A DNA stretch of 64,000 bases from an uncultured Solibacteraceae bacterium (GCA_964554945.1 CAZKQQ010000008.1:2827-66826), one strand, 5' to 3'; numbered from the stretch's first letter, positions 36,126 through 45,783 are shown. Numbers and translations are program-made. Notes: a model not told the origin generated them from the sequence alone.

Positions 36126-36772
36126 CGACGGTCCAAATCGTTCTCGCCGACGACCACACCGTGGTGCGGAAGGGCCTGCGCCTCCTGCTGGAGAGCGTGC
36201 CGCAGTTTCAGGTGGTGGCCGATGCGGCGGACGGACGGCGGGCGGTAGCCTTGGTTGACGAGCACCGGCCGGATGTCGTCGTCATGGATATCGCGATGCC
36301 GATCCTGAACGGCATTGAGGCGGCGCGCCAGATCTCCATCAAGGCGCCGCAGACTGCCATCGTTTTTCTAAGCATGCATTCCGACGAAGCCTACGTGATC
36401 AAGGCCCTGAAAGCCGGAGCGCGCGCGTATCTGCTGAAGGATTCCGCCGAGAATGACCTGATCAACGCGGTTAAGGCGGTGAGTGAAGGTAAATCTTTTT
36501 TCAGCCCCGCCGTAAGCAAGATGCTCGCCGAGGATTATATGCGCCAGATGCGGGAACATGGCGTGGATGACAGTTTTGATCTGCTGACGACAAGAGAGCG
36601 CGAAATCCTGCAGTTGCTCGCCGAAGGCAAGAGTAATAAGGAGGTCGCCTCCATGCTGAACCTGAGTCTCTACACGATCGAGACCCACCGCAGCAATATC
36701 TTTCAGAAATTGAATCTGCACAGCACGGCGGATCTGATTCTGTATGCGGTGCGCAAGGGCGTGATTGCCTGA
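36122..36772 (+). CDS. NarL/LuxR family response regulator
   Basis: MTTVQIVLADDHTVVRKGLRLLLE receiver domain. LTTREREILQLLAEGKSNKEVASMLNLSLYTIETHRSNIFQKL HTH. ATGA overlap with the kinase stop. Confidence 0.9.
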   Translation: MTTVQIVLADDHTVVRKGLRLLLESVPQFQVVADAADGRRAVALVDEHRPDVVVMDIAMPILNGIEAARQISIKAPQTAIVFLSMHSDEAYVIKALKAGARAYLLKDSAENDLINAVKAVSEGKSFFSPAVSKMLAEDYMRQMREHGVDDSFDLLTTREREILQLLAEGKSNKEVASMLNLSLYTIETHRSNIFQKLNLHSTADLILYAVRKGVIA

Positions 36773-36930
36773 CGAGCACGGGAGGGCACGGCCGCAATCC
36801 AGCATGGTGGTGGTTTTCAGCCACCCCGCGGGATTGCTGCGCCACGATAACTTCTCTGCAGACAACAGATTTGGTTTTGGCGAGGAACGTGCCCTTTGCC
36901 TTTGTGCCCGACGCCAGTAGGAGGTTGTCA

Positions 36931-38634
36931 ATGAACGGTCCCAGCTTCCGAAAAGCGCCTTACCAGGTCTTGAGCATTCTCTGCGTCATGGTTTTGGTGC
37001 TCTTGCCGATGGGCGCGCTGCTCGCTCAGGACCCGGGGCAGCAAGCTGCGCCCGGGGCGCTGCTTCCACCCGAGCAACTCGACAACCTGGTGGCTCCGAT
37101 CGCCTTGTACCCCGATTCTCTGCTCAGCCAGGTATTCGTGGCGGCCACCTATCCGCTGGAGGTTGTGGAAGCCGGCCAATGGCTGCAGCAGAATCGGAAT
37201 TTGCAAGGCTTGGCGCTGGTGAATGCCGCCCAGCAGCAGAACTGGGATCCGAGCATCCAGGCTTTGGTGGTATTTCCGGATGTCCTGAATCTGTTGACCT
37301 CCAATGTGCGTTGGACTACCGATCTGGGCAATGCGTTTCTCGCACAACAAGCCGATGTGATGAACGCCGTTCAGCGGATGCGTGCGCAGGCGCAGGCATC
37401 CGGCCGGTTGAGTTCGAACAGCCAGGAGACGGTCACCACGGAAACGCAGAACGGCCAGCCGGTGATCGTGATCGCGCCCGCCAATCCACAGGTGGTCTAC
37501 GTGCCCGCGTACGATCCGGCGTATATTTGGGGACCTCCCGCGTGGGGCTATTACCCACCGCTCTATTACCCGGAGTTTGGATATGGATTCGGCTCGGGCA
37601 TCTTCATCGGAAGCTACTTCGGCGGCTTGGGTTGGGGCGGTTGGGGCTGGGGTCCGAACTGGTACAACTGCACAATTGTGCAGAATGGTTTCTTCTTCAA
37701 CCGTTATGGCTTTCGGGGATTTCACGGTGGCTTTGACCGGGGTTATCGCGGCGGTTTCAACGGCGGCGTGTGGGCGCACAATCCGGACCACCGGCTGGGA
37801 ATTCCTTATCCGAATGGCGGCGTAGCGAACCGTTTCGGCGGTGCGCGATTTGCCGGCGCCCGCCAAAGCTTCGGAAGCACACGCGGAAACTTTTCCAATT
37901 TCGGCGACCGCGGTTCAGGCGCTGTCGCGAGCCGCGGTCCGGGTTCAGTCGCCACTCCTGGCGCGCAGCAGGGCGGCTGGCGTCGTTTTGGCGAGTCCGG
38001 GATGCCCGGCGGGCGCAGCTTACAATCGGGCGTTTTAGGTAACGCGGAAAACAGATATTCCGCGCCTTCGGTAAATCGTGGTGGTTCGGGGAGCCGATTC
38101 GGAAACCCGGGATCCCAACAGGCCTACCGATCCGGTCCCGCATTCAGCGGCAACACAGCGCGCGCGTACAGCCCGAACGTGGGCGGAGGCAACGCCTACC
38201 GCTCGGCGCCTTCGTATGGCGGCGGAAGCGCGTACCGCTCGGCGCCTTGGTACGGCGGTGGAAGCGTGTACCGCTCGGCGCCTTCGTACGGCGGTGGAAG
38301 CGCGTACCGTTCCGCGCCTTCGTATGGCGGCGGCGGATACCGGTCCGCTCCCGCCTTCGGCGGCAGCGGAGTCCGCGGCAGCGGCGGCGGCAGCTTCCGC
38401 TCCGCTCCGTCGTTCGGCGGCGGTGGCGGCTTCCGCTCCGCTCCGTCATTCGGTGGAGGTGGTGGCGTCCGCGCGGCTCCGTCATTCGGCGGCGGCGGTG
38501 GCCGTTCCGCTCCATCATTCGGCGGCGGGGGCGGCGGCGGTTTTCGCGGCGGCGGCGGGGGCGGCGGCTTCCGTGGTGGCGGCGGTGGCGGGGGATCCCA
38601 CGGTGGCGGTGGTGGCGGCGGACATCGCCGCTAA
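36931..38634 (+). CDS. DUF3300-like exported protein with a long Gly-rich repeat tail
   Basis: LVAPIALYPDSLLSQVFVAATYPLEVVEAGQWLQQN is the characteristic N-terminal block. ATG 36931 follows AGGAGG. The tail consists of YRSAPSYGGGSA-type and FRSAPSFGGGGG-type repeats followed by FRGGGGGGG. Confidence 0.8.
   Translation: MNGPSFRKAPYQVLSILCVMVLVLLPMGALLAQDPGQQAAPGALLPPEQLDNLVAPIALYPDSLLSQVFVAATYPLEVVEAGQWLQQNRNLQGLALVNAAQQQNWDPSIQALVVFPDVLNLLTSNVRWTTDLGNAFLAQQADVMNAVQRMRAQAQASGRLSSNSQETVTTETQNGQPVIVIAPANPQVVYVPAYDPAYIWGPPAWGYYPPLYYPEFGYGFGSGIFIGSYFGGLGWGGWGWGPNWYNCTIVQNGFFFNRYGFRGFHGGFDRGYRGGFNGGVWAHNPDHRLGIPYPNGGVANRFGGARFAGARQSFGSTRGNFSNFGDRGSGAVASRGPGSVATPGAQQGGWRRFGESGMPGGRSLQSGVLGNAENRYSAPSVNRGGSGSRFGNPGSQQAYRSGPAFSGNTARAYSPNVGGGNAYRSAPSYGGGSAYRSAPWYGGGSVYRSAPSYGGGSAYRSAPSYGGGGYRSAPAFGGSGVRGSGGGSFRSAPSFGGGGGFRSAPSFGGGGGVRAAPSFGGGGGRSAPSFGGGGGGGFRGGGGGGGFRGGGGGGGSHGGGGGGGHRR
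38194..38631 (+). repeat. in-frame tandem repeats (units of about 36 nt encoding YRSAPSYGGGSA, degenerating to FRSAPSFGGGGG and poly-Gly)
   Basis: Near-identical units taccgctcggcgccttcgtaYggcggYggaagcgYg are repeated consecutively. Confidence 0.9.
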
Positions 38635-38873
38635 ACGGCTGTCCCGGAGTGCGCTCCTCTAGGGGAGATGGCCGCGGTCATTGTGAAAGGGACAGGCTGC
38701 AGCCGCGTAGCCGCATTAATCATTCTTGTACCCGACCTCACAGACAACGCGACAGTTTGTGTGGCAAAAAGGGATTAGAGGATGACAGCTAAAGACAGAT
38801 TCGAATCGGATCGAATCTGAGGTATTTGCTCGCTGCCAACTCGAAGTGGAGGAGGGAATGCCTCCTGACCAGC

Positions 38874-38905
38874 AAAGGGCCGCCCGGTATACTGGGCGGC
38901 CCTTT
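38874..38905 (+). terminator. strong 12-bp hairpin AAAGGGCCGCCC/GGGCGGCCCTTT, flanked by A and T runs
   Basis: Read directly. 8-nt loop ggtatact. Followed by tacatttg. Lies 25 nt upstream of the ligase ATG and 240 nt downstream of the DUF3300-like stop. Confidence 0.5.
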
Positions 38906-38930
38906 ACATTTGTGGCTTGCGGCGAGTGAA

Positions 38931-39911
38931 ATGACGCAAAAGGCAGTGGATCTGTCAAAGGTTCGCAAGGCGGCGCAACCCGCTTTTATCGAGCCGATGC
39001 TGGCCACGCTGACCGACGAGCGATTTTCCCGGAGAGGATGGCTTTTCGAGCCGAAGTTCGATGGCGTGCGGTGCGTGGTGATCCGCCGCGAAAGGAAGAT
39101 CGAGCTGTATTCGCGCAATCGAAAATTGCTGAATGCGAAATATCCGGAGTTAGTCGAGGCCTTCCAAAAACAACAGGCAGGTCCGTTCATAATCGATGGC
39201 GAGATCGTGGCGTTCGACGGCGAGGTCACCAGTTTCACCAGACTTCAGCAGCGAATGCAGGTTCAAAACCCTTCGGCCGAGTTGCGCCGGAAGTTTCCAG
39301 TGTCTTTTTATGCCTTTGACCTTCCGTACGCGCAGAGTTACGATCTTCGGCCGCTGCCCCTGCGCGACCGGAAAGAGCTGCTGAAGACGACGGTCAAATT
39401 TGAAAAGCCGCTGCATTTTACTCCTCACCGCGAAACCGAGGGCGAGGCCTACTACCGCGAGGCGTGCGAGCGCCATTGGGAGGGCATCATTGCCAAGAAC
39501 GCCGATAGCCCGTACGTCTCAGGCCGATCACGCGATTGGCTGAAGTTCAAATGCATAAACGAACAGGAATTTGTTCTCGGCGGGTACACTGATCCGCAAG
39601 GCCAGCGAACAGGTTTCGGTGCTCTGCTGGTCGGCTATTATGACCGCAAGAAGCTGAAGTACGCCGGAAAGGTGGGCACTGGCTATGACAATCTCACGCT
39701 ACAGCGATTGGGAGCACGGCTTGCCGGAATGCGAACGTCCTCCAGTCCGTTTGAGGAGAACGGCGCGCCGCGTTCCGCCCACTGGGTCAAACCAAAGCTG
39801 GTGGCGCAGATCGGCTTTACCGAGTGGACCAAAGACGGAAAATTGCGGCACCCGCGCTTTTTAGGTCTGCGCGACGACAAAAAGCCAGAGGAGGTCACGC
39901 GCGAGAAATGA
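38931..39911 (+). CDS. ATP-dependent DNA ligase (LigD ligase-domain type)
   Basis: FIEPMLATL and the adenylation motif EPKFDGVRCVV. WEGIIAKNADSPY and DWLKFK motifs. Confidence 0.9.
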   Translation: MTQKAVDLSKVRKAAQPAFIEPMLATLTDERFSRRGWLFEPKFDGVRCVVIRRERKIELYSRNRKLLNAKYPELVEAFQKQQAGPFIIDGEIVAFDGEVTSFTRLQQRMQVQNPSAELRRKFPVSFYAFDLPYAQSYDLRPLPLRDRKELLKTTVKFEKPLHFTPHRETEGEAYYREACERHWEGIIAKNADSPYVSGRSRDWLKFKCINEQEFVLGGYTDPQGQRTGFGALLVGYYDRKKLKYAGKVGTGYDNLTLQRLGARLAGMRTSSSPFEENGAPRSAHWVKPKLVAQIGFTEWTKDGKLRHPRFLGLRDDKKPEEVTREK

Positions 39912-40825
39912 GAGCCGAGCAAGCTGAGACCATCCGCATCGACGGCCGCGACGTGAAGATCACCCGTCCCGAGAAACTTCTATTTCCTGAAGACGGAATC
40001 ACGAAAGGGGATTTGATTCGGTACTATCAGCAGATCGGCCCGCGGATGTTGCCTTACCTGAAGGGCCGGCCGCTGGCCCTACAGCGCTATCCGGACGGAA
40101 TCGCGGGTCCGAGTTTCTTCCAGAAGGCGGCCGCACCCTATTACCCGGAATGGATTAAAACAGCGACAGTCAAAAAAGTTGGCGGCACGGTCAAGCATGT
40201 TGTGTGCAATGACGTTGCGACGCTGGTCTATCTTGCCAATCAGGCCTGTATTACGCTTCATCCCTGGCTTAGCCGCGCGGATAGGCCCGATTATCCCGAT
40301 CAAATGATCTTCGATCTGGATCCGTCCTCGGATGATTTCCGGTCAGTCATCGATGCAGCGCAGGTGCTCAAGGAAATTCTCGATGACCTGAAATTGCCCG
40401 CGTATCTCAAGACTACCGGCTCACGCGGATTGCATATTGCGGTGCCTCTAGATGGCAAACAGAATTTCGAATCGGTCCGGACATTTGCCAGGAAAGTGGC
40501 GGAGGTGGTGGTGGCCCGCGATCCCGCGCGGTACACGTTGGAGCAGTACAAGAATAAGCGCGACGGGCGTATTTTTGTGGATGTGAATCGCAACGCCTAT
40601 GCGCAAACCGCCGTCGCGGTGTATTCGGTTCGCGCCCGCAACGGCGCGCCCGTTTCCACTCCCCTCGGCTGGGCCGAACTCCGCAAAAGAAATCTTCGTC
40701 CCGACGCTATCACCATCAAAAATGTGTTTGAGCGTCTCGACCAAATTCAGGATCCCTGGAGCAATTTCTGGAAGCACCGGGCTTCGCTCGATGAGGCCGC
40801 GAAGAAGCTTGGTTCAAATGCGTAA
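39908..40825 (+). CDS. LigD-type primase-polymerase domain protein (NHEJ polymerase)
   Basis: ITRPEKLLFPEDGITKGDLIRYYQQIGPRMLPYLKGRPLALQRYPDGI, MIFDLDP and KTTGSRGLHIAVPL. ATGA overlap with the ligase stop. Confidence 0.9.
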   Translation: MRAEQAETIRIDGRDVKITRPEKLLFPEDGITKGDLIRYYQQIGPRMLPYLKGRPLALQRYPDGIAGPSFFQKAAAPYYPEWIKTATVKKVGGTVKHVVCNDVATLVYLANQACITLHPWLSRADRPDYPDQMIFDLDPSSDDFRSVIDAAQVLKEILDDLKLPAYLKTTGSRGLHIAVPLDGKQNFESVRTFARKVAEVVVARDPARYTLEQYKNKRDGRIFVDVNRNAYAQTAVAVYSVRARNGAPVSTPLGWAELRKRNLRPDAITIKNVFERLDQIQDPWSNFWKHRASLDEAAKKLGSNA

Positions 40826-41782
40826 CAGCAGCTTCCCGGTGGTCTTGCGAGCTTCCATGTCGCGGTGAGATTGCGCCGCCTCCGCCAGCGGATACTCGCG
40901 ATCGATGCGCAGGGTGAGCTTGCCTTCGCCGATCCACCGAAACAAATCGGCCGCGCGCCAGGCCAGTTCTTTTGGATCCGCCACATGGCTGGCGAGAGTC
41001 GGACGCGCCAGAAACACGGAGCCGCTGGCGGTCAGGGTGCGCGTATCAAACGGGTCGATAGGCCCGCTCGCCACGCCGAAGTGAACCATCATGCCTCGGG
41101 GTTTGAGGCACTCGAATCCTTTCAGAAACGTGGCCTTGCCCACGGAATCATAGACCACGTCGACACCCGCGCCTCCGGTGAGCCGTTTCACTTCGACGAC
41201 CCAATCCTGCTGGTCATAGAGAATCGCGTCACTTGCGCCTGCCTGCCGCGCCAGATCGGCTTTCGCCTGCGTCCCCACTGTCGCGATCACGCGCGCGCCG
41301 AGCATTACCGCGATTTGCACAACTAAGCGTCCTGTGCCGCCTGCCGCCGCATGAACCAGCGCGGTTTGGCCCTTCTGCAGCGGGAACGTCGAATGGGTCA
41401 GGTAATGGGCGGTCATGCCTTGTAACATAGTTGCCGCCGCCGTTTGAAGGTCGACGCCGGCCGGCACCGGCACAAGCATTTTCGCAGGCACAGCCGCATA
41501 CTCGGCATAGGAGCCGCGCGTCATGCTATACGCCACGCGGTCGCCGGGCTTGAACCCGGTGACGCCCTCTCCGACTCGCTGCACGGTTCCCGCTCCTTCC
41601 GAGCCCAGCACCGCCGGCAAGGGAATCCTGTTTATCCCGCTGCGCGCGTTGAGATCGGTAAAGTTTACGCCGGAGAATGCCAGTTTGATGAGCGCTTCGC
41701 CCTTCGCGGGTTCCGGTACCGGGCGGTCGCCGAAGCGCAGCACTTCGGGACCGCCGGTCTGTTCGATGTAGACAGTCTTCAT
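40814..41782 (-). CDS. NADPH:quinone oxidoreductase (zinc-independent MDR family)
   Basis: MKTVYIEQTGGPEVLRFGDRPVPEP, GSEGAGTV and HAAAGGTGRLVVQIA. Start at the internal ATG 41782. Confidence 0.85.
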   Translation of the reverse strand: MKTVYIEQTGGPEVLRFGDRPVPEPAKGEALIKLAFSGVNFTDLNARSGINRIPLPAVLGSEGAGTVQRVGEGVTGFKPGDRVAYSMTRGSYAEYAAVPAKMLVPVPAGVDLQTAAATMLQGMTAHYLTHSTFPLQKGQTALVHAAAGGTGRLVVQIAVMLGARVIATVGTQAKADLARQAGASDAILYDQQDWVVEVKRLTGGAGVDVVYDSVGKATFLKGFECLKPRGMMVHFGVASGPIDPFDTRTLTASGSVFLARPTLASHVADPKELAWRAADLFRWIGEGKLTLRIDREYPLAEAAQSHRDMEARKTTGKLLLRI

Positions 41783-41837
41783 AAGGTTGGTTTCGCGTTG
41801 GCTATTATAATAGGTTCGTTCGCCTGGAGACCCGGTC

Positions 41838-42869
41838 ATGATAATCGATGTTCACGCCCACGTTTGCGCCTCGCCCGAGTTGTATCAATGGAAGTCGGTT
41901 CAGATGTCCGCGCGGGGCGCGCATGGTTTCGCCCCCAAGAGATTCAGTGACGACTACGTTCGCGATCACGCGGACACCAAGCGCAATCTGAAGATTATGG
42001 ACTCGGTGGGCACCGATATTCAATTTCTCTCGCCGCGTCCATTCCAGTTGATGCACGCGGAAAAGCCCTTGAAGATGGTCGAGTCGTGGGCGGTGGCCAA
42101 TCATGACTACATCGCGCAACAGGTGAAGGCGTACCCGAAGCGTTTTCGCGGAGTTTGCGCGCCGCCGCAAGCGCCCGGTGAGCCGGTCACGCTCGGCTTT
42201 CGCGAGTTGGAACGATGCGTAAAAGAGCTCGGTTTTATCGGTCTTCTGATCGACACCGATCCGGGCGAAGGCGACAACAGCACGCCCACGCTCGCCGACG
42301 AATACTGGTATCCGTTGTGGGAAAAGATGGTCGAGCTGGATGTGCTGGGGCTCATTCACTCCAGCGGCTGCAAGCATGGCCGCGAGAGCTACAGCCAGCA
42401 CTTCATCACCGAAGAGAGTCTGGCTGTGCTGTCGCTGATCAACTCGCGCGTATACGACGATTTTCCGAAGCTGAAGATCATCGTCGCGCATGGCGGCGGC
42501 TCAGTGCCTTATCAAATTGGCCGCTGGCAGGCCGACTACGTCATGAAGCAGGGCGGAGCGGTCGAGGAATTCAACCGGCGCTTGCGGCTGCTCTACTTCG
42601 ATACTTGCCTTCATGCCAGGAAGTCGATCGAGATGCTGGTCGGTCTCGCCGGCAGCACCAACGTGCTGTTCGGAACGGAAAACCCGGGATCGGGATCGGC
42701 GTTGAATCCGGCGACGGGTAAAAGCTTCGACGACATCAAACCGTTGATCGATTCGATCGATTCCCTCTCCGATCAGGACCGCCGGAACATCTTCGAAGAG
42801 AACGCGCGCCGATTGTTCGCGCGCGCCCGTATTCCGGCGTCGCAAGAGACGGCAACCACCGCGAGGTAG
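41838..42869 (+). CDS. amidohydrolase_2 family protein resembling LigJ (4-oxalomesaconate hydratase)
   Basis: MIIDVHAHV, GTDIQFLSPRPFQLMH, YWYPLWEKMVELD, DDFPKLKIIVAHGGGSVPYQIGRW, LYFDT. The LigJ resemblance is from memory of the Sphingobium sequence. Confidence 0.75.
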   Translation: MIIDVHAHVCASPELYQWKSVQMSARGAHGFAPKRFSDDYVRDHADTKRNLKIMDSVGTDIQFLSPRPFQLMHAEKPLKMVESWAVANHDYIAQQVKAYPKRFRGVCAPPQAPGEPVTLGFRELERCVKELGFIGLLIDTDPGEGDNSTPTLADEYWYPLWEKMVELDVLGLIHSSGCKHGRESYSQHFITEESLAVLSLINSRVYDDFPKLKIIVAHGGGSVPYQIGRWQADYVMKQGGAVEEFNRRLRLLYFDTCLHARKSIEMLVGLAGSTNVLFGTENPGSGSALNPATGKSFDDIKPLIDSIDSLSDQDRRNIFEENARRLFARARIPASQETATTAR

Positions 42870-42872
42870 CAC

Positions 42873-43886
42873 GTGGCGCGCATCACTTTTGGTTTGGGAA
42901 CTTCTCACGGCCCCATGCTGTCGATTCCATGGGAATACTGGTTCGACCGCGTCTCCGCGGACAAGGCGAACCCGCAGCATTTTTTCAAGGGCCAGACGTA
43001 CACTTTCGACGAACTGGTGGAGTTACAGCGCCCGGAAGGGCTGGCCGCGCAGATCGCGCCCGAAATCTGCGGCGAGCGGCACACCCGGTGCCAGAATGCG
43101 ATTCGGGAACTGGCCGACTTCTTCGAGCAAAACCGCCCCGATGTAGCAGTCGTTGTGGGCAACGACCAGATGGAGGTTTTCACCAGCGACCATGTCCCGG
43201 CTTTTGCCGTGTTCTGGGGTGAGTATATGGAAGGCCATCCGCGGACGCCGGAGTTCCTGGCGAAGCTCAACCGCGGCGTGGCGCGCGCCGAGGCTGACCG
43301 GACTCCGCCCGTCTACACGCAGTATCCCTGTTCACCCGATCTCGGCCGCCACATCATCCAGCACATGATCGCCGGCGGATTCGACGTCGCCCAACTGAAG
43401 AAGTTGTCTGTGGGCGAAATCGGCGTCAACTCGGCGCCGCACGCCTACGGGTTCGTCTATCGCCGCCTGATGCGCGACAAGGTGGTGCCGCATGTGCCCG
43501 TATTCGTGAATACCTTCTACCCGCCCAACCAGCCCCCGGCCGGGCGGTGCTTCGATTTCGGCCGGGGCTTGGCCCGAGCCGTTGCATCCTGGCCGCAGGA
43601 TTGGAAAGTCGCCGTGATCGCGTCCGGCGGGCTGACTCACTTTGTAGTGGATGAGGCATTCGACCGTTGCGTGCTCGATGCCTTGCAGAAGGGCGATGCC
43701 GCGAAGCTGTCGAGTCTGCCTGAATCGATGTTCCAATCCGGCACCTCCGAGATCAAGAACTGGATTGCGGTGGCCGGCGCGATGGCCGAAGCCGGCCTCG
43801 GTATGAATTTGATCGATTACGTCCCGTGCTACCGTTCCGAAGCCGGCACTGGCAGCGCGATGGGTTTCGCGAAATGGGTAGCATAA
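42873..43886 (+). CDS. class III (LigB-type) extradiol ring-cleavage dioxygenase
   Basis: GTG start. MARITFGLGTSHGPMLS is a LigB-like N-terminus. VIASGGLTHFVVDE. Confidence 0.7.
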   Translation: MARITFGLGTSHGPMLSIPWEYWFDRVSADKANPQHFFKGQTYTFDELVELQRPEGLAAQIAPEICGERHTRCQNAIRELADFFEQNRPDVAVVVGNDQMEVFTSDHVPAFAVFWGEYMEGHPRTPEFLAKLNRGVARAEADRTPPVYTQYPCSPDLGRHIIQHMIAGGFDVAQLKKLSVGEIGVNSAPHAYGFVYRRLMRDKVVPHVPVFVNTFYPPNQPPAGRCFDFGRGLARAVASWPQDWKVAVIASGGLTHFVVDEAFDRCVLDALQKGDAAKLSSLPESMFQSGTSEIKNWIAVAGAMAEAGLGMNLIDYVPCYRSEAGTGSAMGFAKWVA

Positions 43887-43940
43887 AGCTTGTGCCGGTG
43901 CGGGCGCAAGCCAGAGGCTTGCGCTACCGATAGGAGCCGT

Positions 43941-44975
43941 ATGCGTCGAATCGTATTCCTCGGAGCTATCGCTTTGGCGTTCTCCACCGCCTGGCCGCAG
44001 GCTTCGCTTCAGAAGATCACTATCAACTATCCCACGCGCACCGGCCAGGTCTGGCCGCTCTATCTCGCCAAAGAGGGGGGCTACTACCAGAAGTACGGTT
44101 TCGACGCCAATCTCGTATTCGGCGTCCACCCCGCCGGTATTGCGATGGTGGTAAGCGGCGAAGCCGTCATGACGGCCTACACGCTCGAGCAATTCATGAT
44201 CGCCGCTTCCAAAGACGGCTCTCTGGTTGCGATCGGCAGCCCGTTCAAGAAGAGTCTTTTCGCTTTAATGGCGCAAAAGAATATTGCCAGCGTTCGAGAT
44301 CTCAAAGCCAAGCGCGTTGGTGTCAGCCAGATCGGCGACGCGCCCTATAATTACACCAACGGTCTGATCGCGAAAGTGGGATTGAGCCCGCGCGATGTGC
44401 AGTGGGTCCCTCTCGGCGGCGATGTGAGCGTCCGCGCGGCCGCCCTGGTCAGCAATCGCGTCGATGCGGTAATGATTACTGCGCCGGTCTATTTCAAACT
44501 GGAATCGGAAGGCTTCAAGAATCTCGGAAACATCAGCGACTACGACGACATCTATGCGCCGTCCTTATACGTTTTCAAGAAATCAACCGTCATGGCCAAT
44601 CCCAAAATGGCCGAGCAATTGATCAAGGCTCACGCCGAAGCCATCAAACGTTTCTACGATGACAAAGCTTTCGCGTTGAAAGCGTACCTCACCTGGGACA
44701 AGCAGGACCCCGCCGAGCAGGCGCGCGTCTACGATCATTACGCCATGGTCAGCACCTACGAGCGGGTGCCCTATATTCCCGCCGCCGCCGTGCAATACAT
44801 CCTGGATCACCCCGCTGACCAGCGCGTAGAGGCCCAGATGAAGTCATTCGACTTCCGCCGCGTGATCGACAACAGCTTCGTCGGCCGTCTCGTGAAGGAA
44901 GGTTTCTTCGAGCAACTCTTCGGGCCCGGCATCAAGGCCGAAGAGGAGCGCAAGTCAAAGTTAGCGTACCGCTAG
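43941..44975 (+). CDS. NMT1/THI5-like periplasmic substrate-binding protein (nitrate/sulfonate/bicarbonate-type ABC SBP)
   Basis: Signal MRRIVFLGAIALAFSTAWPQ follows AGGAG. LKAKRVGVSQIGDAPY and VDAVMITAPV patterns. Confidence 0.65.
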   Translation: MRRIVFLGAIALAFSTAWPQASLQKITINYPTRTGQVWPLYLAKEGGYYQKYGFDANLVFGVHPAGIAMVVSGEAVMTAYTLEQFMIAASKDGSLVAIGSPFKKSLFALMAQKNIASVRDLKAKRVGVSQIGDAPYNYTNGLIAKVGLSPRDVQWVPLGGDVSVRAAALVSNRVDAVMITAPVYFKLESEGFKNLGNISDYDDIYAPSLYVFKKSTVMANPKMAEQLIKAHAEAIKRFYDDKAFALKAYLTWDKQDPAEQARVYDHYAMVSTYERVPYIPAAAVQYILDHPADQRVEAQMKSFDFRRVIDNSFVGRLVKEGFFEQLFGPGIKAEEERKSKLAYR

Positions 44976-44993
44976 TCCGGTCGCTGGTCATTA

Positions 44994-45737
44994 TCAAGCG
45001 GCCGTCAACAGGATCGGGGCGCCCTTGGTGATCACGAGCGTGTGCTCGTAATGCGCCGAGAGGCTTCCATCGGCCGTGCGGATGGTCCACCGGTCGCGCT
45101 GCAAAATGCCCCGACTCGTGCCGGCCGCGAGGATGGGCTCGATTGTAATGACCAGCCCTTCTGTGAGCCGGGTATGGGAACGCGGATCAAAAAAATTGGG
45201 AATGTTGGGCGGCTCGTGAATCGTGCGGCCCACGCCGTGACCACACAACTCGCGCATCACGTGAAAACCGCACCGGCCGGCTTCCTGCTCGACTGCCCGG
45301 CCGATTTCGGAAACACGGCTCCCGGCTCGCGCCACGCGTGACGCCCGGTGAAACGCGCTCTCGGCACAGCGTGCCAGGCCTCGCGCCGTTTCCCCGGATT
45401 CTCCCGCGTGGACGGTTACTGCCGCATCCGCGTAGAAGCCGTCTTTCTCCGCGACCAGGTCCAGCTTGACCAAGTCGCCGGCCTGAATTACGCGCTCGCC
45501 CGGAATCCCGTGGATGGCTTCGTCATTGACGCTGATACATAGCGCTCCCGGGAAGCCGTATATTTTCGGAGGGGCCGACTCCGCCCTTGCATCAGCCAGC
45601 ACCCGCGCGCCGATCTCATTCAGTTCGCGCGTCGTAATGCCCGGACGCACGGCCGCCGCCGCAGCGTCCAGCGCCTGCCGGACGATTTTTCCAATCGCCC
45701 GCAACTTTTCAAATTCAAGGCGAGACCGAATCGACAT
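44994..45737 (-). CDS. map: type I methionine aminopeptidase
   Basis: NDEAIHGIP, DLVKLDL, CGHGVGRTIHEPPNIPNF, VITIEPIL and EHTLVIT metal-ligand contexts. Confidence 0.92.
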   Translation of the reverse strand: MSIRSRLEFEKLRAIGKIVRQALDAAAAAVRPGITTRELNEIGARVLADARAESAPPKIYGFPGALCISVNDEAIHGIPGERVIQAGDLVKLDLVAEKDGFYADAAVTVHAGESGETARGLARCAESAFHRASRVARAGSRVSEIGRAVEQEAGRCGFHVMRELCGHGVGRTIHEPPNIPNFFDPRSHTRLTEGLVITIEPILAAGTSRGILQRDRWTIRTADGSLSAHYEHTLVITKGAPILLTAA

Positions 45738-45783
45738 GATTGCGCACGGGGCCCCTCAATTATACTGAGGTGCGGGCAGGCAC

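Noticed and set aside
38078-38792. Several ORFs of 120-195 aa in other frames or on the other strand across the Gly-rich repeat region
   Set aside because: They are by-products of the tandem repeats (Ala/Arg or Arg/Trp runs). The 36931 frame is continuous with the conserved DUF3300-like N-terminus.
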